Positions 30,301 through 39,213 of a stretch of 64,000 nucleotides of DNA are shown here, one piece after another. The notes under the pieces are model-generated. The model saw only the letters and a list, made by a program, of their open reading frames with translations, had not been told where the DNA came from and made no database searches. Where the stretch lies: assembly GCA_965267345.1 (NCBI GenBank), contig OZ253947.1, positions 489,964 to 553,963 on the forward strand, given 5' to 3'. The DNA comes from Minisyncoccota bacterium (GTDB lineage Bacteria > Patescibacteriota > Minisyncoccia > Phycocordibacterales > UBA2100). Position numbers and translations under genes: made by a program. The first letter of the stretch is position 1; each line of letters begins with the position of its first letter.

Positions 30301-31603
30301 ACTGTGCTACCAATTGCGTAAACATATCATTTCTTTCGTACTCATTCTTAAAGTGGCCAAATGACGCAAACGCCGGACTAAACAGCACGGTGCCGTCAGG
30401 CTGTGCTGCGTCGAGCGCAGCTGTAACGAGTGCCGCGAAATCATCATAGTAGTGCGCATTTGGGAGGTGCTCTTTGAGGTGTACCGTTCCGGTACCATTC
30501 AACAAATACACGTCTGCGCACGTGTCGGCAATCATCTGTGCCAACTCCCCCGTCGGCAAACCCTTGTCAGCACCGCCGGCAATGAGAATGGGTCGATCGT
30601 CGCGCAGTGCATTGAGTGCAGCGATTGTCGCCGTTGGTGTCGTGGCATTGTTGTCGTTATAGATGGTAAGTGCCCCCGTGTTTTCCATGAGCTGCAAGCG
30701 CCCCTCAACGCCGGTGAAACTCTCAAGGCCACGTCGTATGTCACCCGCTTCAATACCAAGGGCGCGCAGGGCGGCGGCGGCCAGTGCCGCATTTTCACGA
30801 TTGTGGTCACCCACTACGCGCAGCTGCCAATCTTCGGGAAGCGCTTCGGGTACAACAGGAGCAGCGGGCGGGTTTTCAGCAGCAATTTGTCCATTCACTG
30901 ATGCGCCAACAATGAGCGTATCGCCATCTTGCTGGAAGCGGGCAATGTTCATTTTGTCGCTAAAGTATGTCTGCATGTCGGGATAGTAGTTGAGGTGGTC
31001 TTCCATAAAGTTTGTAAACACAGCAATGGTGGGGCTAATGAACTCATACCCAAAGCCCTGCAGCTGCCATGAGTCGAGCTCGAGTACGAGCACGTCCCCT
31101 TCGCTGAGCTCAGGGAGTAGCTGCAGTGTCGAGACACCGCGCGTGTTGCCGCCCAAATGCGCGGGCACTCCTGCGTGCACGAGTGTGTGATAGATCATGG
31201 TGGTAACCGTGCTTTTGCCACGCGTGCCCGTTACCCCTACGACGATAACGCCGTGATTGAGTGCATAGGTTGCGGCCAGTGCTGCACTCATCGTGACAGG
31301 CACACCCGATGCTTTTGCTGCGGCGATGTACGATGAATCAAGTGGTGTTGCGGGCGCCTGTACCACTAAGTCGGTATCGGTAAAGTCTTCTTCGCGGTGT
31401 TCGCCCAGGACAAACGTGATGTTGTCGTACTCTTTGAGTTGCTCAAGTGAGTCTGCAAGCTCGTCCTCGGTTTTCAGGTCAGTGACAGTGAGTTGCGCAC
31501 CGCAGTCAGCTAGAAAGCGCGCGTCACCGAGACCGCGACCGAGGCGACCGAGACCCATAAGGGTGATACGTTTATTGGCAAGTGGTTCGCAGTATGCAGG
31601 CAT
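30290..31603 (-). CDS. murD: UDP-N-acetylmuramoyl-L-alanine--D-glutamate ligase
   Basis: GVTGT.GKST, LEL.S.QL, DHL..Y, FSPA.ASF..F.N..ER. Confidence 0.93.
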   Translation of the reverse strand: MPAYCEPLANKRITLMGLGRLGRGLGDARFLADCGAQLTVTDLKTEDELADSLEQLKEYDNITFVLGEHREEDFTDTDLVVQAPATPLDSSYIAAAKASGVPVTMSAALAATYALNHGVIVVGVTGTRGKSTVTTMIYHTLVHAGVPAHLGGNTRGVSTLQLLPELSEGDVLVLELDSWQLQGFGYEFISPTIAVFTNFMEDHLNYYPDMQTYFSDKMNIARFQQDGDTLIVGASVNGQIAAENPPAAPVVPEALPEDWQLRVVGDHNRENAALAAAALRALGIEAGDIRRGLESFTGVEGRLQLMENTGALTIYNDNNATTPTATIAALNALRDDRPILIAGGADKGLPTGELAQMIADTCADVYLLNGTGTVHLKEHLPNAHYYDDFAALVTAALDAAQPDGTVLFSPAFASFGHFKNEYERNDMFTQLVAQYGN

Positions 31604-31726
31604 AGCTATGTGAGTGCATTGTATGCGAAGTGGTGGGGTTATGGAAGCATGCAAACGTCTTTCGAGCCCTCTTCCGGCAATACACATAAAAACCCAGAGT
31701 CATGCTCTGGGGTCTACGTGTGTTAG

Positions 31727-31808
31727 TGCCGGAGAGAGGACTCGAACCTCCACGTCTTGCGACATACGCACCTGAAGCGTACGCGTCTACCAATTCCGCC
31801 ACTCCGGC
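31727..31808 (-). tRNA. tRNA-Leu (CAG), CCA not encoded
   Basis: GCCGGAG...GGCGGAAUUGGUAGACGC, anticodon loop UUCAGGU, long variable arm, GGUUCGAGUCC. Confidence 0.96.
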
Positions 31809-31862
31809 ATATATTCAGAGTATCGTTACCCTGCTGCTAGCCTCTCTAGCAATGCGGCTATA

Positions 31863-32858
31863 TTACGCGTCGTTGCTCTCTTTGGCAAACTTCCGCATGT
31901 CCGCATGGATGTCACGCTCGTCAACAATTTCCGTGCGGATGATTTCCTCCAAAACGTCTTCGAGCGTAAGGACACCCGCCATGCCCCCAAACTCATCCTG
32001 CACAATGGCGAGGTGCTTATGTGTCTTGATGAATGATTGCAGCGCGTCATCGAGCGGCAAGTCGTCCTGCAAAAAGCGCACGTCACTTGAGGCCACCTCC
32101 CCCACTTTCTGGCCGATACACTCACCTCCAATGAGTTGCGAGCTATAGAGCATACCAACAATTGAATCCATCTCGTCGTCGTAGACGGGAAAACGTGAGA
32201 GCCCTGAGTCGCGCACCTCCTCAAGTAGCGCGTCGTTGATGACGGCCTCCCGCTCAAATGCGTGCACGACGGTGCGCGGCGTCATGATGTCACGTACCTT
32301 TTTGTCGGAAAACGTGAGGGCACCTTTAATGATGCGCTCTTCGTCTTCATCGAGGTCAGATTCGTTCGCGTCTTCGTGCTCTTCAATGAGCTTCATGAGT
32401 TCCTGTTTTGAATAGATATTCGGCAATTCGCTGCCGAGTGTTTTGTCGAGCGCGACGGCAATGGGTTTCGTAATTGGATACAGCACAATGAGAAACAGAC
32501 GCACGAGCCACGTAAGGCGCGCACCGAGCTTGATGGCGTGGCGGTTAAAAATAGCCTGCGGGAGAATCTCACCGAAGATAACAATGAGCGCAGTGGCGAC
32601 TACAACGGCAATAAGGCCAGTGGTGATTGAACCAAGAAAGACCGACAGTACGGCATTCACCAATACGTTGCCGACGAGCAGCGTGGTGAGGAGCAAGTTG
32701 CCGTCTTTGCGAATCGGGTAAATAGCCGCCGCGTCAGTGTCTCCCGCGTCTGCCTTACGCTTCAGTTCCTGAGCATCCCAGCCCATAAGGCCGAGCGTTA
32801 AACCAGAAAAAAGCGCTGAAAGCGCCAATAATATAATGACTATAGAGTACTCTTCCAT
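31863..32858 (-). CDS. CNNM/DUF21 + CBS-domain (hemolysin-like, Mg2+ transport) protein
   Basis: SALFSGL..GL, LL.TLL.GN, IFGEI.P, IMTPR, SRFPV, TLEDVLEEI. Confidence 0.92.
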   Translation of the reverse strand: MEEYSIVIILLALSALFSGLTLGLMGWDAQELKRKADAGDTDAAAIYPIRKDGNLLLTTLLVGNVLVNAVLSVFLGSITTGLIAVVVATALIVIFGEILPQAIFNRHAIKLGARLTWLVRLFLIVLYPITKPIAVALDKTLGSELPNIYSKQELMKLIEEHEDANESDLDEDEERIIKGALTFSDKKVRDIMTPRTVVHAFEREAVINDALLEEVRDSGLSRFPVYDDEMDSIVGMLYSSQLIGGECIGQKVGEVASSDVRFLQDDLPLDDALQSFIKTHKHLAIVQDEFGGMAGVLTLEDVLEEIIRTEIVDERDIHADMRKFAKESNDA

Positions 32859-32935
32859 TTCCGATTGCCGCTATTATACTAGAAAAAAGCGTCTTGGGAA
32901 GCGCTAAACCGCTATTTTGACGTCAAAATAGCGGT

Positions 32936-33256
32936 TTAGCGGGGTGTGTAGTAAACGTTGCGGCCGCTCTCCCCGTGCTGGATGGGCTTGCCATCTTTCT
33001 CAAGTTCGCTGAGATAACTACGAGCTGTCGAGTCTGAAATGCAAAAAGATCCTCTACATCGTTATTGGTGATGCGGCCATGTTGTTTCGCCTGTTCGAGA
33101 ATGCGCCCTTTGCGCTTTGCGGTACGCGCATACACAGCTTCGCGGGCTTCGGTGCGATTAAGATCGTTAGGTTCGCCAACATGCATGAAACGGGCACCCG
33201 ATGCCAATGCCAATAACAAGAGTGAGGAACGCGACAATAATACCGATAAGGGTCAT
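32936..33256 (-). pseudogene. TM-anchored winged-HTH protein with two frameshifts (or sequencing errors)
   Basis: Frames join as MTLIGIIVAFLTLVIGIGIG / ARFMH...RITNNDVEDLF / CISDSTARSYLSELEKDG...GRNVYYTPR*; shifts fall in a G3 and a T5 run. Confidence 0.75.
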
Positions 33257-33364
33257 GGGTGCAGTGTAGCAGGAGTGAGTTGGTCGTTTGAAGACACGAG
33301 TGTGGAGTGAAAAGAGTCAACGGCCGCTGTGAGGCGGCCGTTGAAGTGTGTGCGCTGGCGGGTG

Positions 33365-33763
33365 TTACTCTTCAGGAGTGTTCCCCGCCTCTGCGAAGCC
33401 GGCGGCGTACTGTTCTTCTGCGTCCGCAAGCTCCTCCTCATCGCGAACGCGCTGCACATAAGCGACGAACATCGGCACGTACCAACTGACGAGGATGAGA
33501 GCGACCGCACCGACGGCAGTCCCCCAGTACGGCGCTGTGAACAGCATGTTTGTATCGATGATGGTGTCGACGAGCCACAGCGCCATCCCGAGTAGGGTTG
33601 CGAGCGCCAGTGCGGGCTTTGCGCGCACTTTCGCCTTCTCCTCATTATAGTGCATCGTCACTGCTTCGGTGAATGTCATATAGACGAAAGGTGTCAGCAC
33701 AACCAGTGCCGTCACCCACACGACGATGAGTACATCGCTGGCATCTATTTGGTTTTCCATCAC
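33365..33763 (-). CDS. Hypothetical 3-TM membrane protein
   Basis: ORF with GGGAGG upstream, TTGACA promoter and downstream hairpin. Confidence 0.7.
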   Translation of the reverse strand: MMENQIDASDVLIVVWVTALVVLTPFVYMTFTEAVTMHYNEEKAKVRAKPALALATLLGMALWLVDTIIDTNMLFTAPYWGTAVGAVALILVSWYVPMFVAYVQRVRDEEELADAEEQYAAGFAEAGNTPEE

Positions 33764-34020
33764 GTACCTCCCTTGGTTTGATGGTTTTTACGCACGTACT
33801 TCTTAACTCAGCATGCTGCATGGTGCAGGTGGTGTCAATAGAAAGAGTGGCTTTTGCATGGCGGGTACCAACTTTTTGTTTCGATTAATCGAAACAATTA
33901 ATTTGGCCGGGGTGTCTCGATTAATCGAGACACCTCATGCGTGTAAAAAGCTGTTGTTAAAAAAGAGCGGGCGCTGTGAGGCGTCCGCTCTTTGTTACGT
34001 ATTGTTGTGTAGTGCCGTCG

Positions 34021-34404
34021 TTAGGCGGTAGTGGTCAAAGCCATCTCGCCGTAGGCTTTGGATGCATTGTGTCGATGCCGCCGCGCTGTCCGCGGCGCAA
34101 ACACACCCGAAACGATAGCGCCGATGCCGCAAAGCACGATGACGATGCCGTAGAACAGCTCTTCCCCATAGGAATGCGCGAAGAGTGTGTCGAAGAACAG
34201 CATACCCGCCATGTAGTAGAGCGTCAGCGCGCACATAGCGAAGGCGCCGCCGCCGAAAACGGCATGAGCGAACATGAGGATGACTGGCGGTGTTTCGCCG
34301 ACCGACCTGAAACTCAGAGCAGCATTCGTCCATGCCGTGAGCAGCCACAGTACGAACCATCCTGCTGCAAACAAAGGTTCATAGGTGTTGAACATCTCGT
34401 CCAT
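34021..34404 (-). CDS. Hypothetical 3-TM membrane protein
   Basis: ORF with GAGAGG upstream, TTGACA promoter and downstream hairpin. Confidence 0.7.
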   Translation of the reverse strand: MDEMFNTYEPLFAAGWFVLWLLTAWTNAALSFRSVGETPPVILMFAHAVFGGGAFAMCALTLYYMAGMLFFDTLFAHSYGEELFYGIVIVLCGIGAIVSGVFAPRTARRHRHNASKAYGEMALTTTA

Positions 34405-34567
34405 CTCGTTACCTCTCTTTCCAAAGTTTTTGACTTACACAACTCTGCGCGTGATAGTGCGCTTTTTTACGTAGTGTGTCAAGTGTAGCTCAAAACTGCT
34501 TCCCCATGCAAATTACGCGCCAATGCAATGGGTTTCACCTTTCGCGTAAGGACCGCCCTTACGCGAA

Positions 34568-34614
34568 ACAAACAGAAAAACCGCAACGCTTCTCGTTGCG
34601 GTTTTTCTGTTTGT
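34568..34614 (-). terminator. Intrinsic terminator (bidirectional type) after the tRNA-Ile unit
   Basis: ACAAACAGAAAAACCGCAACG-cttct-CGTTGCGGTTTTTCTGTTTGT perfect inverted repeat. Confidence 0.8.
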
Positions 34615-34616
34615 AG

Positions 34617-34661
34617 TGCAGCTGCCAGGACTCGAACCTGGGACCTCAGTCTTATCAGGAC
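34617..34661 (-). repeat. Exact copy of the 3' half of tRNA-Ile
   Basis: 45/45 identical to 34706-34750. Confidence 0.95.
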
Positions 34662-34705
34662 AAATGAGTCGGATCGCGAGCGTATGTGTTCCCTATCGTC
34701 TTGCG

Positions 34706-34779
34706 TGCAGCTGCCAGGACTCGAACCTGGGACCTCAGTCTTATCAGGACTGCGCTCTAACCACCTGAGCTACAGCTGC
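34706..34779 (-). tRNA. tRNA-Ile (GAU), intact, CCA not encoded
   Basis: GCAGCUG UA GCUC AGGUGGUUA GAGC G CAGUC CUGAUAA GACUG AGGUC CCAGG UUCGAGU CCUGG CAGCUGC A. Confidence 0.96.
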
Positions 34780-34845
34780 ACGCAAGAAAATATAAAAGAA
34801 CACATACGCTCATGATCGACGAGTGCCGTTCTGATGTGACACATT

Positions 34846-34883
34846 TTATCAGGACTGCGCTCTAACCTACCTGATACAGCTGC
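34846..34883 (-). repeat. Degenerate copy of the 5' half of tRNA-Ile
   Basis: Matches 34741-34779 except a 2-nt deletion and a 1-nt insertion in the D arm. Confidence 0.9.
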
Positions 34884-34892
34884 GTGGCGCCC

Positions 34893-34925
34893 ATACTAGC
34901 AAAAAGTGACGTGTTTTGGTAGTAT
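34893..34925. promoter_or_regulatory. Back-to-back extended -10 promoters (TGnTAGTAT on each strand)
   Basis: Minus-strand TGCTAGTAT at 34893-34901; plus-strand TGGTAGTAT at 34917-34925. Confidence 0.55.
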
Positions 34926-34930
34926 CGCGG

Positions 34931-35218
34931 ATGGAAGACGCTGGGATGGTCTGGCGTCATTCAAACCAAAGAGGATACTCGTGGGACGAGGAAATAACAA
35001 CGGTCCCGACAAGGATGCAGCGCGGCGGCAAAGGCTTATCGACGCGTCACAGAGAAAGGCGCGACCGATTCACACTGCCGTTACCAACTCCGGCGGCCGT
35101 AAGGGTCGCACTATTCGCCGACAGCCTGTCGGGGTCGACACTTCCCGTCGTATTGAGTAACCAAGCGTACCTTTTGGTTTTATGGGGGTCGAATCGCTCG
35201 TGCGATTCGACCCCTTTT
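34931..35218 (+). ncRNA. Candidate structured non-coding RNA, family unassigned
   Basis: Nested long-range helices with G-U pairs on the + strand, upstream extended -10 and a strong terminator at 35184-35218. Confidence 0.6.
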
Positions 35219-35296
35219 ACTTCATCAAAATTACCCTGTAGGATACATGCTGGCATGTCAAAGGAGATGTGCTTGCTCATTCAATTGGAGGACATT

Positions 35297-35440
35297 ATGG
35301 GTCATGCTTGCGGTGGTACACGCACCAAACTACGCGAAGGTCCTGATCCTGCTGTTGTCGCGGCGTGCAAATGTGCGCTAAAAACACAGGAAAAGCACTG
35401 TCAGCGGTGCGGCGATCCGAGAAAGCCGAACAAAAGATGA
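35297..35440 (+). CDS. 47-aa Cys-rich small protein
   Basis: GGAGG-5nt-ATG; MGHACGGTRTKLREGPDPAVVAACKCALKTQEKHCQRCGDPRKPNKR; terminator at 35464-35496. Confidence 0.5.
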   Translation: MGHACGGTRTKLREGPDPAVVAACKCALKTQEKHCQRCGDPRKPNKR

Positions 35441-35641
35441 TTGACCTTACACTCCTCGATTTCAACGCCAGCTCGCATGCGAGCTGGTGTTTTTTTCTGA
35501 TGTGTGCTCTTTTGTTCCGTTCACATACTCGTCTTTCCGAGTCGTCACGTGTAGAGAGAAAGTACAACACGATTGCTCTTCTGCACTCAGCTGAGATGCA
35601 GAAATCGCCGGTCAATTCTGCCTAAAGCAGAACGGGTTCCA

Positions 35642-37099
35642 ATCGGAATGAATCCACGACCACCTTCCGGTAGCCGTACCTTGTTACGACTTAGTCCTTG
35701 TCACTGAATTTACCTTAGGCCGCCACGAGGACGGACGTCGGGTACTCCCAGCTTCCCTGACTTGACGGGCGGTGAGTACAAGGCTCGAGAACGTATTCAC
35801 CGTGGTGTGCTGACCCACGATTACTAGCGATTCCAACTTCAAGTGGTCGAGTTGCAGACCACTATCCGAACTGAGGATACTTTTTTAGGATTTGCTCAGC
35901 CTTACGGCGTCGCGCCCCGTTGTAGTACCCATTGTAGCGCGTGTGCAGCCCGAGATGTCAAAGGGACATGCTGACTTGGCGTCATCCTCACCTTCCTCTC
36001 CCGTAAGGGAGCAGTCTCGCCTGACACTTGTAACAGGCAACGAGGGTTGCGTTCGTTACCCCACTTAAGGGAACAATTCAAACCACGAACTGACGACAGC
36101 CATGCATCACCTGCCCAACACCCTCGAAGGAACCTAGGTTTCCCTAGGCGTGCAGTTGGGTTTCAAACCTCGGTAAGGTTTTTCGCTTATCGACGAATTA
36201 AGCCACACGCTCCACCGCTTGTGCGAGCCCCCGTCTATTCCTTTGAGTTTTAAGCTTGCGCTCGTACTACCCAGGCGCCCCGCTTAACGCGTTAGCTTCG
36301 CCTCTGAAAGGGTCGATACTTCCAAAAGCCAGCGGGGAGTGTTTAGGGCGTGGACTACTGGGGTATCTAATCCCATTCGCTACCCACGCTTTCGTGTCTC
36401 AGCGTCAGAAATGCGCCAGTCTGCTGCCTTCGCCTTCGGTGTTCCCCATGATATCAACGGATTTCACCCCTACACCATGAGTTCCACAGACCTCTCGCAC
36501 CCTCTAGCTTAGCCGTTTCGCATGCGATTCTAGGGTTAAGCCCCAGGCTTTAACATGCGACTAACTAGGCCGCCTACACACCCTTTACGCCCAGTGAATC
36601 CGGGTAACGCTCGAGGCTCACGTATTACCGCTCCTGCTGGCACGTGATTAGGAGCCTCTTATTCATAGAGTAACGTCAATAGCTTCCTCCTCTATAAAAG
36701 GTGTTTACGCACCGAAGTGCTTCATCCACCACGCGGCATCGCTCCGTCAGACTTTCGTCCATTGCGGAAGATTCTCGACTGCAGCCTCCCGTAGGAGTTT
36801 GGACCGTGTCTAAGTTCCAATGGTGGGGGCCAGGCTCTCACCTCCCCTAAGCGTCTAAGCCTTGGTAGGCCATTACCCTACCAACTAGCTGATACTGCGC
36901 AGGCCGCTCCAGAAGCGAAAAATCTTTACCCTTGCGGGACTATCGGGTATTATCTCGGATTTCTCCGAGTTATTCCCGACTTCTGGGTACGTTCCTACGT
37001 GTTACTACCCCGTTTGCCGTGGGTCTAAACCCACTCGACTTGCATGCCTTATCCATGCCGCCAGCGTTCACCCTGAGCTAGGATCAAACTCTGATCTAA
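35642..37099 (-). rRNA. rrs: 16S rRNA (no intron; ends approximate)
   Basis: AGAGUUUGAUCC near the 5' end, GGAUUAGAUACCC, AAACUCAAAGGAA, AAGUCGUAACAAGGUA; flanking 28-bp processing stalk 37121-37148 / 35500-35527. Confidence 0.99.
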
Positions 37100-37310
37100 G
37101 ACGCACGATGTGCGCCTTTTCATGTGAACGAAACAAAAGAATACACATTCTATTTGTTCGTTTTGGATTCTCTTTCGTAAAAGAATATTTTAAGGGGCAA
37201 GTACAAAAATGTACTTGCGTGCATGATATGCCCGCTCCTAAAGTGGGCACGTCATGTGATGATGGTACTATACCGATGCTCTTTCAAGCTCGGTACGTTC
37301 ATCTGTATTC

Positions 37311-37384
37311 GGTTGTCAAAAAACAAACTAAAAACCGCCCTTGAGCGGTAGACGGAATTGTACGGGTTTTTTATCCCGAGTCAA
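37311..37384 (-). promoter_or_regulatory. 16S rRNA promoter (TTGACT-16-TACAAT), hairpin and boxA-like element
   Basis: -35 at 37379-37384, -10 at 37357-37362; GUUUUUUGACAACC at 37311-37324. Confidence 0.75.
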
Positions 37385-37422
37385 GGAAAACCTGCACGTC
37401 ACGACCGTGCTATTCTTGGCGC

Positions 37423-37959
37423 ATGGACATTGCATTTATTGTCGTCGGTGCACTGGCAGTGGAGCTGCTCACCTTGCAGTTTCGGCTTCTGCATAAGCTG
37501 TGTAGTGTTGAGGTAAAAGAGAAGCTCGGCCTCCCCCGCATTCACCACAGCTACTTCGGTGCACTCTTCATTCTCGCCTCATTCACGACGCTCCCTGAAC
37601 CGCACTGGCTCTGGATCATCGGCTGGTCACTCGTACTCTCCGACATCGCGCATCACTACGTGGTCCTTCCGTTACTGAAACTAACCAAAACTGACATTGC
37701 GATGAAATACAGTCGCGCAAGTCGCGCATTTTTTCTGCGCCTGTCGTTTATCGTCACTGCAGCACTAGGGGTGATGATTGCCTTTGCGTCGATGAGCAAC
37801 ACGCTCTGGGGTGTGGTTATTGCGCTTGCCATGATTACCGTGTCGGAACGTTTGCATATCTTGCTGCCCCGTATCGGCTGTCCGCAGACTATTGCGGTGC
37901 ACTTCGACTCACGGCGTACTGGGTATCGTAGCCCTGTGCGGCGGCGACGGCGTCGGTAG
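37423..37959 (+). CDS. Hypothetical multi-TM membrane protein
   Basis: Hydrophobic ORF with RIHH.Y.G and SD..HH motifs; TGnTATTCT 6 nt upstream. Confidence 0.75.
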   Translation: MDIAFIVVGALAVELLTLQFRLLHKLCSVEVKEKLGLPRIHHSYFGALFILASFTTLPEPHWLWIIGWSLVLSDIAHHYVVLPLLKLTKTDIAMKYSRASRAFFLRLSFIVTAALGVMIAFASMSNTLWGVVIALAMITVSERLHILLPRIGCPQTIAVHFDSRRTGYRSPVRRRRRR

Positions 37960-38324
37960 GTAGCTCTGTGTAATTGAAAAATATTCAAGGTGTCTCGATT
38001 AATCGAGACACTTCTGGTCAAGTTCATTACCTCAGTGCATTTAAAAGAGCGAGCGATCCCAGTGTATCGGGTGCGTTCGCCCTTTCGTGTTGTCGTGGTT
38101 GACTAGAAGCCCACGCAAGCCTGTGCACGAACGTCCTGTCCATGCTCAGCGTCAGAGTGCGCCACGTACGGACCGATTGCTTCCTACTCGCTTCTTTGGC
38201 GTAGCGCCAAGCCGGCCGCGCGACGCCGCTTTCGTATATCAGCCACACCTGCAACATGCACAAAATCCATCTATTTAACTGGATGGGTTCAGTATGAAAT
38301 TAACTCTAGAGTTAACTCTGTACT

Positions 38325-39212
38325 TTATTTCTTCCACTTTTGGATGGTGACAAGCAGTGGTGTCGCAAGAAAGATTGACGAGTACGTTCCCGCGATGACT
38401 CCGGCGATGAGCACCAGTGCAAAGTCTTGTGTCACATCTGAGCCAATGAAAAACAGTGCGAGCAGTACCAACAGTGTGGTGAGTGACGTGTTGATACTGC
38501 GCACATACGTCTGATTGAGGGATTTGCCGACGGTAAGTTCAAACTCTTCTTTACGGTTCTTCTCGGCATTGTCGCGCAAGTTCTCACGTACGCGATCAAA
38601 TACGACGATGGTGTCGTTAACCGAGTAACCGAGAATCGCGAGCAGTGCCATCACAAAGAGAACATTGATTTCGGCGCCGAAGAGATAGCCAAGTATGGCA
38701 AAGACACCGACTGGCACGATCACGTCGTGCAGCAGTGCGACGATTGCGATAACGCCATACTTCCACGAACTCACGGGGGCAGACACCTTGCGAAATGCAA
38801 TAGCAATGAATGCAATGATGGCCAGCACGACGGCGATAAGTGCCACCCACGCTTTTGCGCGCAATTCGTTCCCAATGGTTGGTCCCACTGAGGTGAAGCG
38901 CTCAATCGTGCCTGTCTCCCCTGTTGCCGCGGCAAAGACCGCGTCACGCTGCGTCTCAGACAGAGGTGGTACGCGCAAGATAAACTGATCTTCTCCTGCA
39001 GCGCGGAGTGAGTAGGCGCCGATGTCGAGTGCATCGAGGCGTTCGGTGATAGCGGCTTTCTCGGGACGTTCCGTGTAGGACACTTCGGCAAGCTCACCGC
39101 CCGTAAACTCAATGCCAAATCGCAGCCCAAACACGGCAACCGCAGCAATAGCGCCAGCAACGATAATGCCGCTCAGTATAAAGAAAATTTTTCGGTGCGT
39201 TACAACAAACAT
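38325..39212 (-). CDS. secF: Protein translocase subunit SecF
   Basis: GIEFTGG, VGPTIG.EL, ALLHDV, GYSVNDTIVVFDRVRE. Confidence 0.97.
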   Translation of the reverse strand: MFVVTHRKIFFILSGIIVAGAIAAVAVFGLRFGIEFTGGELAEVSYTERPEKAAITERLDALDIGAYSLRAAGEDQFILRVPPLSETQRDAVFAAATGETGTIERFTSVGPTIGNELRAKAWVALIAVVLAIIAFIAIAFRKVSAPVSSWKYGVIAIVALLHDVIVPVGVFAILGYLFGAEINVLFVMALLAILGYSVNDTIVVFDRVRENLRDNAEKNRKEEFELTVGKSLNQTYVRSINTSLTTLLVLLALFFIGSDVTQDFALVLIAGVIAGTYSSIFLATPLLVTIQKWKK

Positions 39213-39213
39213 A

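Noticed and set aside
34617-34883. CRISPR array or prophage at the tRNA-Ile repeats
   Set aside because: Repeats are tRNA halves of unequal content; there are no cas, integrase or phage genes nearby.
34985-35045. RNase P RNA (GAGGAAA ... GGCUUAU)
   Set aside because: The motifs are only ~45 nt apart and the P4-forming AGUCC is missing.
34916-35440. 174-aa ORF
   Set aside because: It runs through a strong terminator and a highly paired region; only the last 47 codons have an SD and are kept.
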